From assembly GCA_003971905.1 (NCBI GenBank), contig RSEE01000040.1, positions 1 through 64,000 of the forward strand: 64,000 nt of DNA. The letters run 5' to 3'. The stretch is from Moniliella sp. 'wahieum'. Lineage: Eukaryota. Position numbers and translations under genes: made by a program. Below, in pieces: positions 47,833 through 62,238 of the stretch; positions within the stretch are counted from its first letter, which is position 1; each line of letters begins with the position of its first letter. The notes below the pieces were generated by a model that worked only from the letters and a program-made list of their open reading frames with translations, was not told where the DNA came from and ran no database searches.

Positions 47833-50800
47833 CATGCCCACCCACCCCCGCCGCCGCCGCCAGCATGCCCAGCATCGCCCTCGCCACCCGCCCGCCCCTC
47901 CCTGCCCTCGTCCTCCCCGCCCCCCCCCCCGCCCTCCACCCCCATCGCCCACCTCAAGCTCGCCATCCACATCCTCACCGCCCCCGAGCCCGATGCCTCC
48001 CACGCCAGTGTCTCCCTCACCCCCGCGCAGGAGGTGCGCCTGCATGCGCTCCACGGCTGGCGCAACCAGATGCTGCGTCTCCGCCTCGTCCAGGCCGACG
48101 TGCAGGACGCCGCGACGACGATGCCTTTGTCCTGCGCGACGACCACGACTGCTCCCTCTCGAGCCTGACGACGTGGTGGCGATCGACATTGTGCCGCCCT
48201 TTACCCTGGCCGACCTCAAGCTCCCAGACCGTCCCAAGGGCCACGTCTTCCAGTCCCCGCCCCTTCCCTCCCCGCCGCCACGGTCGTCCGGTACCAAATC
48301 CGCCCGCTCGCAAACTTCAACGCGAGCAACTCGGCCTCAACTATGTTCTCCAGCCGGCAGGGAGCCGTCGTCCCACTCTTCGTCGATTGCAGCCAACCGG
48401 GAGCGAACTACCATCAGTTCAACTACCGCCGCACGCAGCCTACCAAGCCGCGCGTCCTCCCAGCCATCGCCAGCGGCTGGCCGTTGACCGCCGCTGCCCT
48501 GGCTGCCACCCAGCCGCAGGCGGCCCCGGCCATGCCGTCCCAAACGCTCCTTCCGGCCCAGCCCGCGCTCGGCACGCACCGACAGACGCGCCTTGCCCAG
48601 CAGGCCCAGGCCCAGGCGCACTCCCACTCTCACCCCCGTGTCTTGCCGGGCATGCCATCCTCAGCCGAGCAGGGTACAAGGCGCGTGCGGCTGCACTGAC
48701 AGCCGCCACGCGGCGCTCCGCATCCGGCCCCCTCCCTGTCAGCAGTTCCTCTTCGCCCTGGATGCCCCCTACGATGGCTGCCGTACCGATCGCGCCGCCC
48801 ATGCAAGCCCCGCCGGCGGCGGCTGTGCCCTCCCCCGCTGCCTCCCCGCCGGCATCAGGCGCGCCCCCGCCCCTCCCCGCCTCGGCCCCTCTTCCCACCC
48901 CCTCCCCCCGACTCCTCTAGCCACATCCCCCTCCTCATCCACCCCCACAGCCACCGCTACCGGTAAGCCCAAGCGCTTTCCCCTCGGACGAATAACCCCG
49001 TGCTCAATGCTGGTCCGCCCGCCTCGTCCGAAAGCACGGCGCCTACTGTCGTACCCCCCGTTCCACCCCCACGGAGGCGGTACGAGGCTGGGAGGCGGAG
49101 CCCGTCCGGACCCCCCGCGGGTTGTCGGCGCTCACCACTCCGCTCAGTAAGCCTCCGTCGGCCGCCCCTTGGGCGGGCGGGTGGTTCGGCCTCGAGTGCC
49201 CCCGACCCGCCCCTTCTAGAGGATGGAATGAGTCGCAGTCGGTCCGGTGGGGCTGGCAGTGGCACGGGTTCTGGTACTCCCGCGTCCACTGGCAATGGGA
49301 AATCCTTGGGTAGCCTGTTTAGCGCCTTAACGTCAACCAACTTGATGGGCCAACCGACGCGCATGTCCCATTCGTTTGGGTCCAATGCCAGCGTTGGATC
49401 TGCGTCAGCCCACCACTCCCTGGGTCCGACAGAAAAGTCCGATTTGCCACCGCACCACTCGTCATGGGGGGTACGGATTTCTCGTCGCTCCTTAAGCCAA
49501 GGCACCATGCACGTCTCTTCTCCCGGTAGGGAGGAACCGTTGGCGTCGATGCCCGAAGAAGCAGAGTCACCCCAGGAGAAGGAAACAGAAAAAGAAAAGG
49601 GAAAGGGAAAGGAGAAGGAGAAGGAAAAGGATCAGAATCCAGCTCGTGCTCCTGTGTAAGCCGGAGCGTGTCCCTATCTCATGAGGCGTCAACCAAGACG
49701 GGCAAGGGCAAGAACCCATTGTCCCTTTTGACTTCGCCCATGCCTGGCCTGCGCCGGAAAAATTCCCAGCCTGCCGAGAAGGTGGTCCAAGTGGTGCCGG
49801 AGGTAGTGCCAACACCGATTTACGAAAAAACGCTCGGGCGAACCATCTGTTCGACGAATCCCCTTTGCCGACCCAAGCCTCGTCCGGCGCAAAAGCAATG
49901 GGGGAGGCCAAGCTGGATCCGACGAACCGGGAGCCGAATCTCCAGTGGTCTTAGTCGGCACTAGGATCCCAAGAAACGGGATCCGTGGGCGAATGGTATG
50001 CGGATGCGCAAGATATGTCGCGCCTGGTCCCGGGCGAAGAAGCCGGGGCGGGATCGCCGTCTGTCCAAACCCCCACCACGGCCATTACGCAACAAGAGTC
50101 GGGCCAGGACGAGCAGATCCCAACAGCCCTCGCTCGCCCGGCACTGGCAAGCCCGACCACGAAGGGGAAAGCGATGAGTCCATCATCAAGCACGGCTCGC
50201 CTGGCTCCCTTGCCGAACCCGCGGCTACTTCCCATCCGGGTTCCACCCCAGCCCGGTCGCGACCGAGGCCGATGCGGAACGCAAATGGCCTACGCGGCGG
50301 CGCAAAAGCCGGCGCGAGACCCATGAGCCTAAAGACGCCAAGGAGCCCAAGCAGGTCACGCCGCGGTATGCCGCGCTCCAGCGTGACTTGCAACGTGAAC
50401 GTGCGCGCCAGGCAGAGGCCGACCAACTGCGTTTGGAAGGTGGTGCAAGTGGCTCGGCCTCCGGGTTGGGCTCCGTCGGGCGGGGCAAGCCATGGCGGTA
50501 CAACTGCAGCGACAAGGGCAAGTACAACGACGGCGCATGGGGACCTGGTCGGGGATCTGTTGCCGCGATCGACACGTGGGTCCGGTGTGGGCTCGGGCTC
50601 GGGCGCTGGCTCAGGCGCCGGTCGGGGGTTGCGGCGGGACCCAAGAAGAAAGGGTTGGATTTGTTGCGGCGGAGGAACACGCGTCGTGGTCCCTCTGCTT
50701 CCACCACCACCTCTGCCTCGGCTTCGTCCCTAGCTACGGCGTCCGGGCCCAAGCATCGCCGCTACGTGTCGCAACCCGTCTTGGTTCCCGTCTCGTCCTC

Positions 50801-50987
50801 GGGCTCGTCGTCGGTCGCATCGGGCCCAACGCAAGTCCATGTTAATCCCTCCCGTCGTCCGCTTGCCTCGGCCGCGACGGCAGGCCAACCGGGAGCCGGC
50901 GTTGGCTTTGACCAAGAACAACAGCGCGCCTTCATTCGTGCCCAATGGTCCACCTGGGACGATGCGCGTCGCTCGTCGCGAGCGTGA
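47833..50987 (+). CDS. Large hypothetical protein, mostly Pro/Ser/Gly-rich (frameshifted)
   Basis: Overlapping protein-like frames. A possibly globular N-terminal block (IAHLKLAIHIL..VRLHALHGWRNQMLRLRL..DDVVAIDIVPPFTLADL..VVPLFVDCSQPG), a KE repeat, and late PWRYNCSDKGKYNDGAWGPG..IDTWVR. Confidence 0.6.
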
Positions 50988-51301
50988 CATGCATCTTTGG
51001 TTCTGTCTCCCTTTTTTTGTCGCGCACACGTCGATGTTGCTTTCACCCCCCTTTACCTTCCCATCCGCCGTCTATCCTGCTGCCCATTCACATTCATGTA
51101 TCGTGCCATCCTACCTCGCTCTTTCCTGCACTGTATTGCCCTCCTTCGCCTTCGCCTTCACTGGTCTCAGCTTGAACGTACATCTGAATTTCTCATCTCG
51201 CATCCTCCCCGCGCTTCTGCAAACGTGTGGCCCCTTCCTTGACATACAGCTGAGGTGGGGATCCCAACGTAGTTAGACCATCAACGTTCAACCACGATCG
51301 G

Positions 51302-51527
51302 TCACAGTTGCAGAAAAACACGGTACCGTTCCGGCAAGAGCGCCAGCATGCGTCTCGCCTCTTCGGCCAAGCCGGGCGCCAAGTCGGAATCGGATGCAGG
51401 CGGTAAGAGCCGGGGCACATTGCTCACCTCGACTTCGAGCGTGTGCACACCCTTGGTGAAAGGTACAGGCAGTTCGAGTGTATACGCCTTCCAGGCCGTT
51501 TGCTTGCCCCTGCCTTCCACCTCCTCC

Positions 51528-51559
<32 letters not shown>

Positions 51560-54183
51560 ATCGGCATCGGCATCAGCATCGGAAGCAGTCAAGGTGGTCT
51601 CTACAGCGGTCAGTGGGGTGCCGCGCCAAAACGCTTGGACCGTGTACGGCTCCGACGGCTTCTCGGCCGGCGTGTCGGGCACCGCCACGGCCTCGGGGCC
51701 AGTCCGGCGGTCCCGCTTGCCAACGCGCTTGGCTGGCTTGCTTCCTTGCCCTTCCCCCCGTCCCGGCCCCAACCCCGGACTTTGAACTGGTACCGGCACC
51801 AGCACCAGCACGGACAACCAAGTCACGCAAGAAGAAACTGAGCTGAACAGAAGCCAGGATCTGGGGGTGGGCCGAGGTGCTCGGCCGCCCGAGCTGGACA
51901 AGATGTTGCGTGTGGCGGCCGTGTCAAGGACGAGTTGTTGCCTTGTCCAGTGCTTAGGCAAGGCCACCCGGGCGCGCCCCGCGGCACCACCAGGTGCATC
52001 GCCGGATGCAGCAGCGGTCGGACGCCAAACCAGGTCTAGAACCAAGTACGGAATCACATTTTCCAACCGGTCTGCTTGGTCGGACGGCCCCCCAGGAGGC
52101 AACCCCGCCTGGCCCCGTGCCGCCTGGTTCAAGGCGAAGGTCAGCTGCTCGTCCCACTTGGCAAACGGATTGAGTGTGCCTAACCACCACTCGGACCGCT
52201 TCCGATCCTCGCCTTCCAGACGTGGGGGAGGAGCAGTACTGAGCAGGTGGGATTGAGGGTCATCGGGGGTAGAGACCGGGGCTGGAGCAGGAGCAGGGCA
52301 GGAGACAGGTCGGTGTGCACCCCACCAGCTGACGAGCAGGTTGATAAGGCATGCTCATGGGCACCGCTCCGATCCGATTGGGGGCTGGGAAGGGCAAGGA
52401 GAGCACCGAAGCCGAGGCCGAGGGAGATCCCGTCGGCCCAGCTGCCATTCCCGTAGACTACCAAGGCCCGTGTAGCTGCCCCCCGACGGAGTGGCGTGCT
52501 GGACAGAGGTCCCGGCGCAGGGCGCGCGAGGGGCACCGGAAGTGGATAGGCACTGGTCCCGGTGGCCGGTACGGCCTGGCCCCAAGGAGAGGAAGGGTTT
52601 GAAGGGCGTGCCGTCGTCGAAGTCCGTCCGGATGGTCGACGCTCGCGGTCGGTGGCCGAGGTAACGTATGGCTCCGGCAACGGTAGAGAACGAGCTTCGC
52701 TCGGGAGCCATTGTTCAGGCGGGGGCAGCGGCAAGGTCTCCTTTTTAAGGTAGTAGCTCGTTTCCATCGTCCGATGCTCAGCAGGTGCCATCTGGCGTTC
52801 GTCGCCCTTATCGAGCGTAAACCCTTCGCGCAGGAAAAAGGGGATGGCACGGGCATGGATCAGGTACCGGATCCAATGGGCATCAAACCAAGGGAGGGAG
52901 CCGGCGGGATGGTAGGCCAGCGCATTGCTCAACATACGTTCTAGGTCGTGAAGCAAAGCCCACCCTTGAGTGTACCCTTTGTTGCTAATCTTGTCGTCAA
53001 TTTCCTCCAGAGAGATAGGGTCCGAAACGCGTTGATAGTAATCCACGTCGCTCTTGGGCGGAAGATGCTCAAAAAATTGAGTTGCCATGGTGCCATCAGG
53101 CCGACGACCCTCGTGGAGATGACGAACAAAATACTTGAGTGCGCTCCGCAGGTACCGAGCCCTCCGCTGGCCATCTTGGGACATATCCCCGCCTAGGTGA
53201 GAGTCCCCCGGCAACGGATCTTGGGTGGCATCCCAGTCAAGATCGCCTTCCACATCCTGAGTGCGAGCACGCTTGCGTCCCCTTCGTTGGGACGTGGTGT
53301 CGGTAGCTGCCTGGGAACCAGCCTTAGTGGGCGACCGTTGCTCTTGTTCGACCTCGGCCACAATCCCTTCACCATTTTCCTTCTTCCTTTCCAGCTCAGA
53401 ATTCTCCTCCTCGTCAGAAGAGGATTCATCCGACTCGTCGGCGCCGGCAAATTTGTTTGTCACGTGGGAGTCGTTGGGTTCAAAATCAATCTCTGGGGGC
53501 CAGAGCCCATCAGGAATGGTACCCGAGATGACCAATTCAGGGTACGTATCGCGGATCAGGCTGGTAAGCTCACGCGCTCGCTCGTAGATCGGTGATCCTT
53601 TCTCGTTAAACCGCTTGGCATTGAGGCCAATGAGATCGCAGTCCTTACGAAGCTGCTCGAACGACTCGTACGGCTCAGCCAGTTGGACCTCATTCCTCGT
53701 GCCCGCACTACGCTTGCGGCTGGACGCGCCCGTTGCTCGCCAACGGGCGATGACCTCGCTGAAAGAGATGGGATGTTTGATGAAGGTATAGTAGCTTGGA
53801 TAGAGCTTTCGGCTGGGTAAAAGGTAGAAGGGCTCGGCAATGTGTGTACCATCCTCGCTGTGCGTAAGAGGGGCAAGGGTCAGCCGGGCACGAGGATGTG
53901 GGAAGGAGACGTACGCAGCGTGTTGAGCAGCACGAGAAGCAAGTCGTGTCCAAGACGGACAATCTCGCTTGGGTCAGTAATGGCACGTGGCTTGGCCACC
54001 TGGATACTACGACGACGGTGAAGATCGGCCTCGGTGGCGGCGGGGAGCCGGTGGACCCGCTGGCTCGGGCGTAGCGGGGAGGGCAGCACCAGCGCGGGTG
54101 CTGCGGGTCCGGGAGCCAGAGATGATGTTGTCGGCGGAGAGCCCCATCATCTCGTGGGGCTGTGTGGCAGTCTGCTGCGACAT
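51302..54183 (-). CDS. RSC4: Tandem-bromodomain chromatin remodeller subunit, Rsc4-like
   Basis: BD1: EPFYLLPSRKLYPSYYTFIKHPISF..DCDLIGLNAKRFNEKGSPIY. BD2: FFEHLPPKSDVDYYQRVSDPISLEEI..DLERMLSNALAYH. Beta-rich C-terminus GVHTLEVEV..ERYRVFL. Confidence 0.75.
51531..51581 (-). repeat. Coding hexamer repeat (Asp-Ala)n
   Basis: tcggcg/tcggca units on the + strand encode DADADADA on the minus strand. Confidence 0.8.
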
Positions 54184-56606
54184 GGTGGGAGTGGATGAGG
54201 TGCGCGGGAAGGCAGTCAGGGCAGAAGGAAGGCGGGGGAAGCGCCGCGTGCAAGCGGCGGTGACGGGGTGCGGGCAAGTAGAACGCGTCGAGTGATAAAA
54301 GAAACGAGGCAGGGCGGAAAATGCCCACGCACTCAATTCGGCACCGCTGGCGAAACGGGTTGGGCGAGGCGACGGGTGGATTGGGCGCGCCGACGCGGCG
54401 GGAGCAGGTGGGGGGGGGGGCGGTGGAGATGGGATGGACGGGACGGGACACGTCCAGCTGCGCGACGGCCGATGATCGATGGTCGATGGTCGATGACAAC
54501 CCTGGGCCAGCGCAGTGTCTGTTACGTAATACATCGACGCGTCCTTGCTCGCGTGCAGCATGACACATGGCATGCGACAGGGGGTACGCGAAACCTGCCA
54601 CGTCCGGCTCGCCGGCAATGCATCCTGAATAGGCGGTGCCTCCTCTCAGATCTCGGGCCCTTCACGCCGCATAGGGCAGAAAGGAGCTCCCCCGTCTTCC
54701 ATACCCTTCGTACATGGTCTATTTCTCCATATGGTAGGAACTCCGATACATAGATAGATGGGTGTGTGTGGCCAAAAGAAGTCACCCCCCTAATAATGAG
54801 ATCCTCTTCAATTCTCTCGTCCATCATATTGACATCATCGATCCTCCCTCTCTTCCCACATGTATATAATTTCTCTTTTCGCAGTCCGGATGCGAGCCCA
54901 CTTCTGCATTCTCTCTATCACTGCATCTCATCACGCGCATCACCTGGGATAGAAAGCCAGCATCATTCCCTCTGCTTGGGGAGGCGTCTCCAATGTCCCT
55001 GCTTAGCGCTTAAAGCTGTGAAGTGACACGGTTTTTCGCAAATATGCAATCGATATAGACCCGAAAAGAGAGCGACAGCCTCCGCTGCCCACAGCCCGGG
55101 CCCTCTCCACACTCTGGCGTGCTCATATATTAGCGTGTGAAACAGGGCGCAGTGTCAAATTATCTTCTCTCCGATCACCTCGATCACCAGGTCATACCTA
55201 TAATGTCGCATTTCACGGTGCCCTCTCGTCTGCTCTCAAACTCATTTCGGCTGCGATTCTTATGCAATGGAGGCGGCCAGGGGCTGCGTCCCATAGTATC
55301 CACACCTAACGTTCAGGAGGGCTGCAATAAATGTGCAAAGGCTTACACAGCGCTCCCAGCGCTCTCAGCACTCAACAGCGCGCCCAGCCGTTGAAGAGGT
55401 GAACGGCGGAGGTGCACATTGGCATCACTGTAGCGCGCCCTAGGCCGAGCACGATCAGTTTGATATACTGGAGAGACAGTATGGGATAGGTACACAGCCG
55501 CGGGTGCCAGCCATGAAAATGCATAAATGTGCAGTAATAGTATCTAGTACTTGCAACGACGCTGGCGGCATGTGGGTGCCATATTATTTGACGTGGCTCT
55601 CCGTGTGGCGCATGCTTAAATTGCGGGGAAAGCAGGGGGCTGTGGCGCAGAGGCTGGTGCCACGCTATATCTGTGTTTGATTTTCACCGTGTGGAAGACT
55701 ATAAAGACAAAGACAACATATAGTGTGCAATGTGACACACGAGAGATTTGGGAGATAAGGCCAAGTATATAGTCTGTGGACCCTACTCTCAGATCTCAGC
55801 GCCGGCCTCCCTTCCGCTGCGCATAAATCGCGTTGGGGAATGGCCGACGTCCGAGGATCAGTCACCGACTCGCGTTTACGCGCGCGTCAACACAGGCCAC
55901 ACGACTCCAGTGTCCACATCTTAATTCGTAAAGAACAAAGAGAGGTTATTATGAGAGCCAGAACAACAGAATCTCATCTTTGTAATTCACGAGATTTGAT
56001 GTGTTTTGGCGCTCAAAACCACAACCGCTCTCAGTGATACAACAGGTCCTAATGCCTCTCGTGACGGCTGTGACCATCACCGTCACAGCTTGGCTCGTCT
56101 TTAGGGGCAGAAGCATCAATCGTCTCTCCCTTTTGTATGAAGGGGGGGCGACGCTCGCAGCTGTTGACGCTGGTGTCCATAACAGCGATTATGCAAGCGT
56201 GATATGTCTTAAGCCACCATCAGCTGCGCCACATACACACCACTTAAAGCAATAACGTCTGTTGCACATACGTCATGGAAGGCATCTCATCTCCATATTA
56301 GTAACTGTATCTTACATTAGAGGAGAACTCTGTATATAATTACGACTAGTACTACACGTGTTCCTAGCCCCACACTATGATCGTTTCTCTTCCCTAACCA
56401 TATCTTTCTATGGACGCTCTCCGGCTACCATATCTCAAACTCTAAAGGGGTAATGATAATGGTCGAGCGGACTCTGGCATGTCCTTCCCAACGTGCAGAT
56501 GACGGGCTGCATATCATATATCAACCCCCGCCCGGCATATCCCTCTCATAACAATTGCCTCCCCACCCCCCCTCCCGCATCTCCACTTTTGATCCCAGTA
56601 GTCATC

Positions 56607-59060
56607 ATGCCTCGCGTCCACTTTCCTCTCCCTGGAACGGAAATCCACCTGCTTTCCACCCCGAAACACCGCCGCAACGGCATAACGAGGATTGGTAAGT
56701 CGAAGCGTCAAGAGCATACTACTATCTCTAGTAGGACGAAGAAGAAGCACTGTGTGTTCTTGCTAACTGTGATCCATCTTTTTATGAATGTGTTTCATTT
56801 TGCTCACAGGCTTATGCCTACCCCCAAGCCCGTTGTCCTTCCTCCCGAGGCGAAGAAAGTTTCTCGTTACATATCCGAACACTATCGTAACATGGGCATA
56901 CGTGCTGTTACCAACTCGAATCAACAGCCGCAGTCCAACGAGCTCATCAACATATCCCACGGTTGGGGAGGAAGCCTCCCACCAGCAGATCCGAAGTCCA
57001 CATCCCATTCTAATCTTGGTCAACAACTCAAACATTTGTCCACTCATCAATATCATGGCGACTACGCGCCCACCCCCGTCTCTTATCATCGACATCTAGC
57101 CTCATCACACAGTCACACTCGTACCGAACCACACTCCGTCTCATTCCCTCTTCAACGCGCCCATTCCAAGGACAAGAACCACGCCCAGAACATCACATCA
57201 TATCACTCCACACCACCTACTACGTTTCCGGCAGAGCGAAAGGCATACAACACCGAAGAAGCCTATTGTATGCCCGGCTCTTACCCCGACTCTCTCCAAC
57301 AGCCGACATCAAACTATAAATACCCCAGCACACCGGTCAACTACGGTCCCGCCACAACAGGAGCTGCATCAGCTACGCATTCGATGGTAGCAGGAAGCTT
57401 GACCACGACTCGTCCTCGGGCTCACAGCATTGATTATGGAAGCCGTCACTTTCCTACTCAAAAGCCCAGTGCAATCCATGTGCATTCCTGGACCGACCCC
57501 TTCAGCCAGGCTTCCACGGGTTCTCACAGTGCGTACCCACCGGTTTCTTACCAGTTTGTACCGCGCCCCAACCTTTTCTCCTTATTTTCTTATTTACTGA
57601 GTGACGTCCTCATCTCTCTTCCTTTTGTTTTACAGGAATGAGAAGCGCTCGCGCGTCCAAAACAGTCCGTTTTACACCGTCTACATTTGACCCTATCGCT
57701 AAGCGATCTCAGCCCCTGGTTCAGTTTCACGAACCAACTCAAGCCCAGATGCAGCCCCGGTCCCAGTTCAGCCCGTACATCAAGTTCCGCCCAAACCACA
57801 TGCGTCACAACTTCAACCCCAGGTCCAGCATCAACTTCAGCCCCAGCTTCAGCTTGGCACCCACGGTTCCCATCATCCGGCGCCTCCAATTCCGAGAAAG
57901 CCCTCCGCAAAGGCCGAACCTATGCGTCAGATGTACCCACCACCGCCACTGTCTTCTCATTCCACCCTCATGCCACGTCAGACGCAGCAGCATAAGGATA
58001 GCTCAGCCCAGCCTTCATTCACGTCTGGCCCTTCTGCTTCAGCGCATGGCTTTCCCTTCGTTATACGCGTCGGCGAGCCCTATTGATTGGGATCAGCTAT
58101 GTGGGCCATTCTAAACTGGGCCTGAACGGGCCGTGGAACAAAGTGGATGAAATGCTGCGTTGGATCATGTGGCAGAGTCCTGATTCGGAGCGGTACAAAC
58201 CCGAAAATGTGGTGTTTAAGGACGATCCCAACCTGTCCGTGCGCAGCCAGCCCACTCGGGCTAATATGGAGGGGGCGATGAACTGGCTCGTACGCGACGC
58301 CCAGCCGGGCGATTCGTTCTTCTTCTACTATTGCGGTCACGGCACCCATCTCCATCCTTCCCATATGACAGGGGGGGCGGATGAAACACCGGAGTGTTAT
58401 ACCGGCTGATTATGCGACGCAGGGAATCATCACTGATGAAGACCTCTACCATCATCTGGTAGCCCCCTTGCCTGCTCAATCCAAATTGGTTACCGTGTTT
58501 GATTGTTGCCAAGGAGAAACATGCTGGCCTTGCCATGGGTATACAATGGCATGGGCAACCTCAAGGAATCGAAAATGATTGAATGGTGGGAGGATGAACG
58601 GTGGGCCAAGGTACTCCGCGCTTTCGAGAGCAACGATATGGACAGTGTTGCCCGAGATATGTTGAAAATTTTGCCTCAAGCAAGTGTTCAACAGTCGCGT
58701 GACCAACTCATACGCAACCGAACGTCCAAGGCCATGGTGGTACGTCAATGATATCCCTCTCATCCATTGAGTGTTCTTTATTTTGGCTCACACACGAACC
58801 CCCAAAATGATCATGGTATGGCACAGATCGTCCTCTGGAAGTAAGCTCGACAGCCAGATCAAGGGCCGTCGGGGCCACGAAAGCACAAGCTTGGGAGCAC
58901 TCACTTCCTTCCTTCAACTTCTCCAGAAGAACCCTTCCCCGACCTATTATCACGTGCTCACCCACCTTCGCGACCAGCTTGTGGTGCAGCATGGCCAAAA
59001 GCCCCACTTGGCTTGTTCTCACTTTATTGAAGGCCTGATGAACCACACATTTACGATCTG
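56607..59060 (+). CDS. Divergent type I metacaspase (peptidase C14) with long Ser/Pro/His-rich N-terminus; several introns
   Basis: RRALLIGISY, DDP..QPTRANMEGAMNWLVRDAQPGDSFFFYYCGHG, VIPADY..GIITDED, LVTVFDCC, p10 GALT..FLQLL..TYYHVL..QKPHLACSH..FTI*. Confidence 0.88.
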
Positions 59061-60083
59061 ACGCCGCCTTACCAGATGATGTGGTACTTTGCTGCCGGGT
59101 AGAGTCCAAGGATGCCCTTCGGACTCCCCGCCATACCATATACATTCGATGATGATATATCTGTTCTGCATCGTTCACTTTGTTTCTCCTGTGGATCGTT
59201 CTTCAAGCTTCGTATTTGCAATATATGCCACTTCCGTCCCATCCTATATCATCCCTTCATCATATGAGTGTACACGCCGGAGTGGAATTTGCGTCTTTCG
59301 TTGACCTAACATATAATTCCGGCTATTTTCATTGAAAATGATGGTTCATAGTTGCACACATGCTCGCCAACACACGCCCATATCCCAATCCACCCACGCT
59401 TCATTCGGTTCTTCGAAGGAATGCTGAGAGCTTGACCGTTCTGATCCGCTCGTTAATACGCCCTTTTGATGGCATATTGATTCGATGGACGCGCGCGAGC
59501 TGACAGAACAAGCTGGCGAGAGCACACAGGGTTAAGTTTCTCGCTATTGTTCTACTATGAACTGGGCAGAAAACATGATATAAACATCCACTCAGTACGC
59601 TCGCTCTGATCCGCAGGGTTTTGACGATAGCGCTAAGGTAAAAAAGAAGAGGGCAATAAATTCCTTCGCCATTGCCGATCAGTTCAACTGTACCGCGACT
59701 ATACGAAGACCTAGTCAGGCTGGCTCACAAGACGTGCATGCCTTGAAGGGTACGTGCCGTTTAGGGATTGCCTCATGATGCGCCCCCATGCTTGATTGGA
59801 CGCAGGTGCAGACGAGGATGCTCCAGCGGTGCCTCTGCCGACAGGGCAACACTTGCGCCGAAAGGTCTGAGACTCAGATCGAGACCTGGATTTGAATCTG
59901 AAACATTCGGCCATAGTTGGAAGGGACCTCAGGTCACATGTCACAACCCCCCCACTTATTCCGCCCCCGGTTGTTCAGGTTTTATAGAGCAGGAGGAGGC
60001 GGGGACTTTTGTCGAATTCCCCCATCCGATCCCTCTCCGCTGTTCCGCCAACCTCCTTACCACCTGCCTGCCCACTCCCACCC

Positions 60084-60814
<731 letters not shown>

Positions 60815-61309
60815 TCACGTTTGCCGTCATGCTCAACTGACGCTCGCCTCTGGTCAGACCGATCAGAGGAAAATGCAAGAAATGCAGTTTAGGATGTGGA
60901 TTGAGGGAAATCTGTGGGGCTGGGAGGATTGTATGTGCAGCGCACGGACAGTACGCCGATCTTTCCAGGACAGACCCTTGAAGTTTGAGCTACTCCTGTT
61001 ATACAAGGTCGAGACTGGGCGTCCAGAGTCAAGGCCCAAGGGGCCGATGACAATGAAAACGTTGACATGACGGTTGAGATCCGAATCACGCATGAGAACA
61101 GAACAGGTTGGCTAGGACTGTCTAACAAAAAAACAAAGCCGCGCCAAGAGGAACTGCAATTTCGGATTGCTATTACCTAAGGCAACCGCCATGGCTCGTG
61201 CACTGTACTCACACTCACACCTGCCAAATCCCAGGCCTCGGGCTGAGGCCCCAACAGACCTCCTTTTCCTGCCCAGATCTACATCGGTTTTGATAGCTTC
61301 GAACCACCA

Positions 61310-62238
61310 ATGTCGTCGCAGCCCGGGTGGAAACATTGCTCCAAGAGACGATTGCGGCCAGCACTCGGGTAACAGGGTCCCTCTGCCAGTGAGTATGCGC
61401 ATGCCTAGCTACTTCCCAGCCTCCTCATCTGCGCCAGGGTTGGGTGCTAACGAAATACGCGCAGATTACTATACGCTCTCCACCATTGATACCGGTCCGC
61501 CTCCGACGCCCAAAGCACGTATCGTGGTCCACCGTGCCTTTCTCAAACGAGCACAGGGCGATAAGGAAGTGAGCCTGGTTCAACGTGGGTTTGCAAGCAA
61601 CAGTGTGCTTGTCACCACAACCGATTGGCGCTCGCCCAAGGCCAATGCGCTCACCGAGCAGATCACCAAAACCGCAAAGCGTATGCCGAGGTGTGCTGGT
61701 GGTTAATGATGCAAACCTGATGTTCCGTCTGGCTTGTGTCGTGCAATTGCTGCCTCATCAGTCGCAAGCTTCGCTGCTCGATGGAACGCTCACGCCGCCT
61801 TCCACGAGGGAGAGGCTACGTTTATGGCAGCTCGAGCGAAAGAGACTGTTTGACAACATGCCCCCGGGTTATTGGTTTCTTTTGCCAATCCGACTGGGGG
61901 TGAACCCACCCCTATGAAAGAGAACTGTTTGAGGCACATGAGCCCGGTCCGGGAAGGACACTCCGCCGCCCTCAACACTTGGTCAACCCCTTTCCCTCGT
62001 TTTCTAAGAAGCCCCAGAGGCTACGACAGTGAAGAAAAGGAGATTGTCCACCAAGCTGATCTCAAGTACGGATAAACTTGTATGGCGGCCAAAGGCGTGG
62101 ATACTGACGGTTGGACAGTTTTGTTCTCGTCGCATTGGCCACCGTACGAATATCGGTGTGTTGGCCTTGGTCCGGGCGAAACGATCATTATGGACACTGG
62201 AGGGTGAGCGCCAAGCAGGTGGAAGGAAGTGTGGATGA
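61310..62238 (+). CDS. Pyridoxamine 5'-phosphate oxidase-like FMN-binding split-barrel protein (introns about 61389-61464, 62066-62118; end approximate)
   Basis: MSSQPGWK, YTLSTID..PKARIVVHRAF, LVTTTDWRSPK, AEVCWW..MFRL, WQLERKRLFDNM. Confidence 0.75.

Noticed and set aside
59338..59430. Possible C/D snoRNA (ATGATGG..CTGA)
   Set aside because: Imperfect C box, no terminal stem and no recognisable rRNA guide.
60815..61070. C-terminal extension of UPRT
   Set aside because: UPRTs end shortly after GDFGDRY. A TAA lies one base off-frame at 60812, consistent with an indel error or missed intron.
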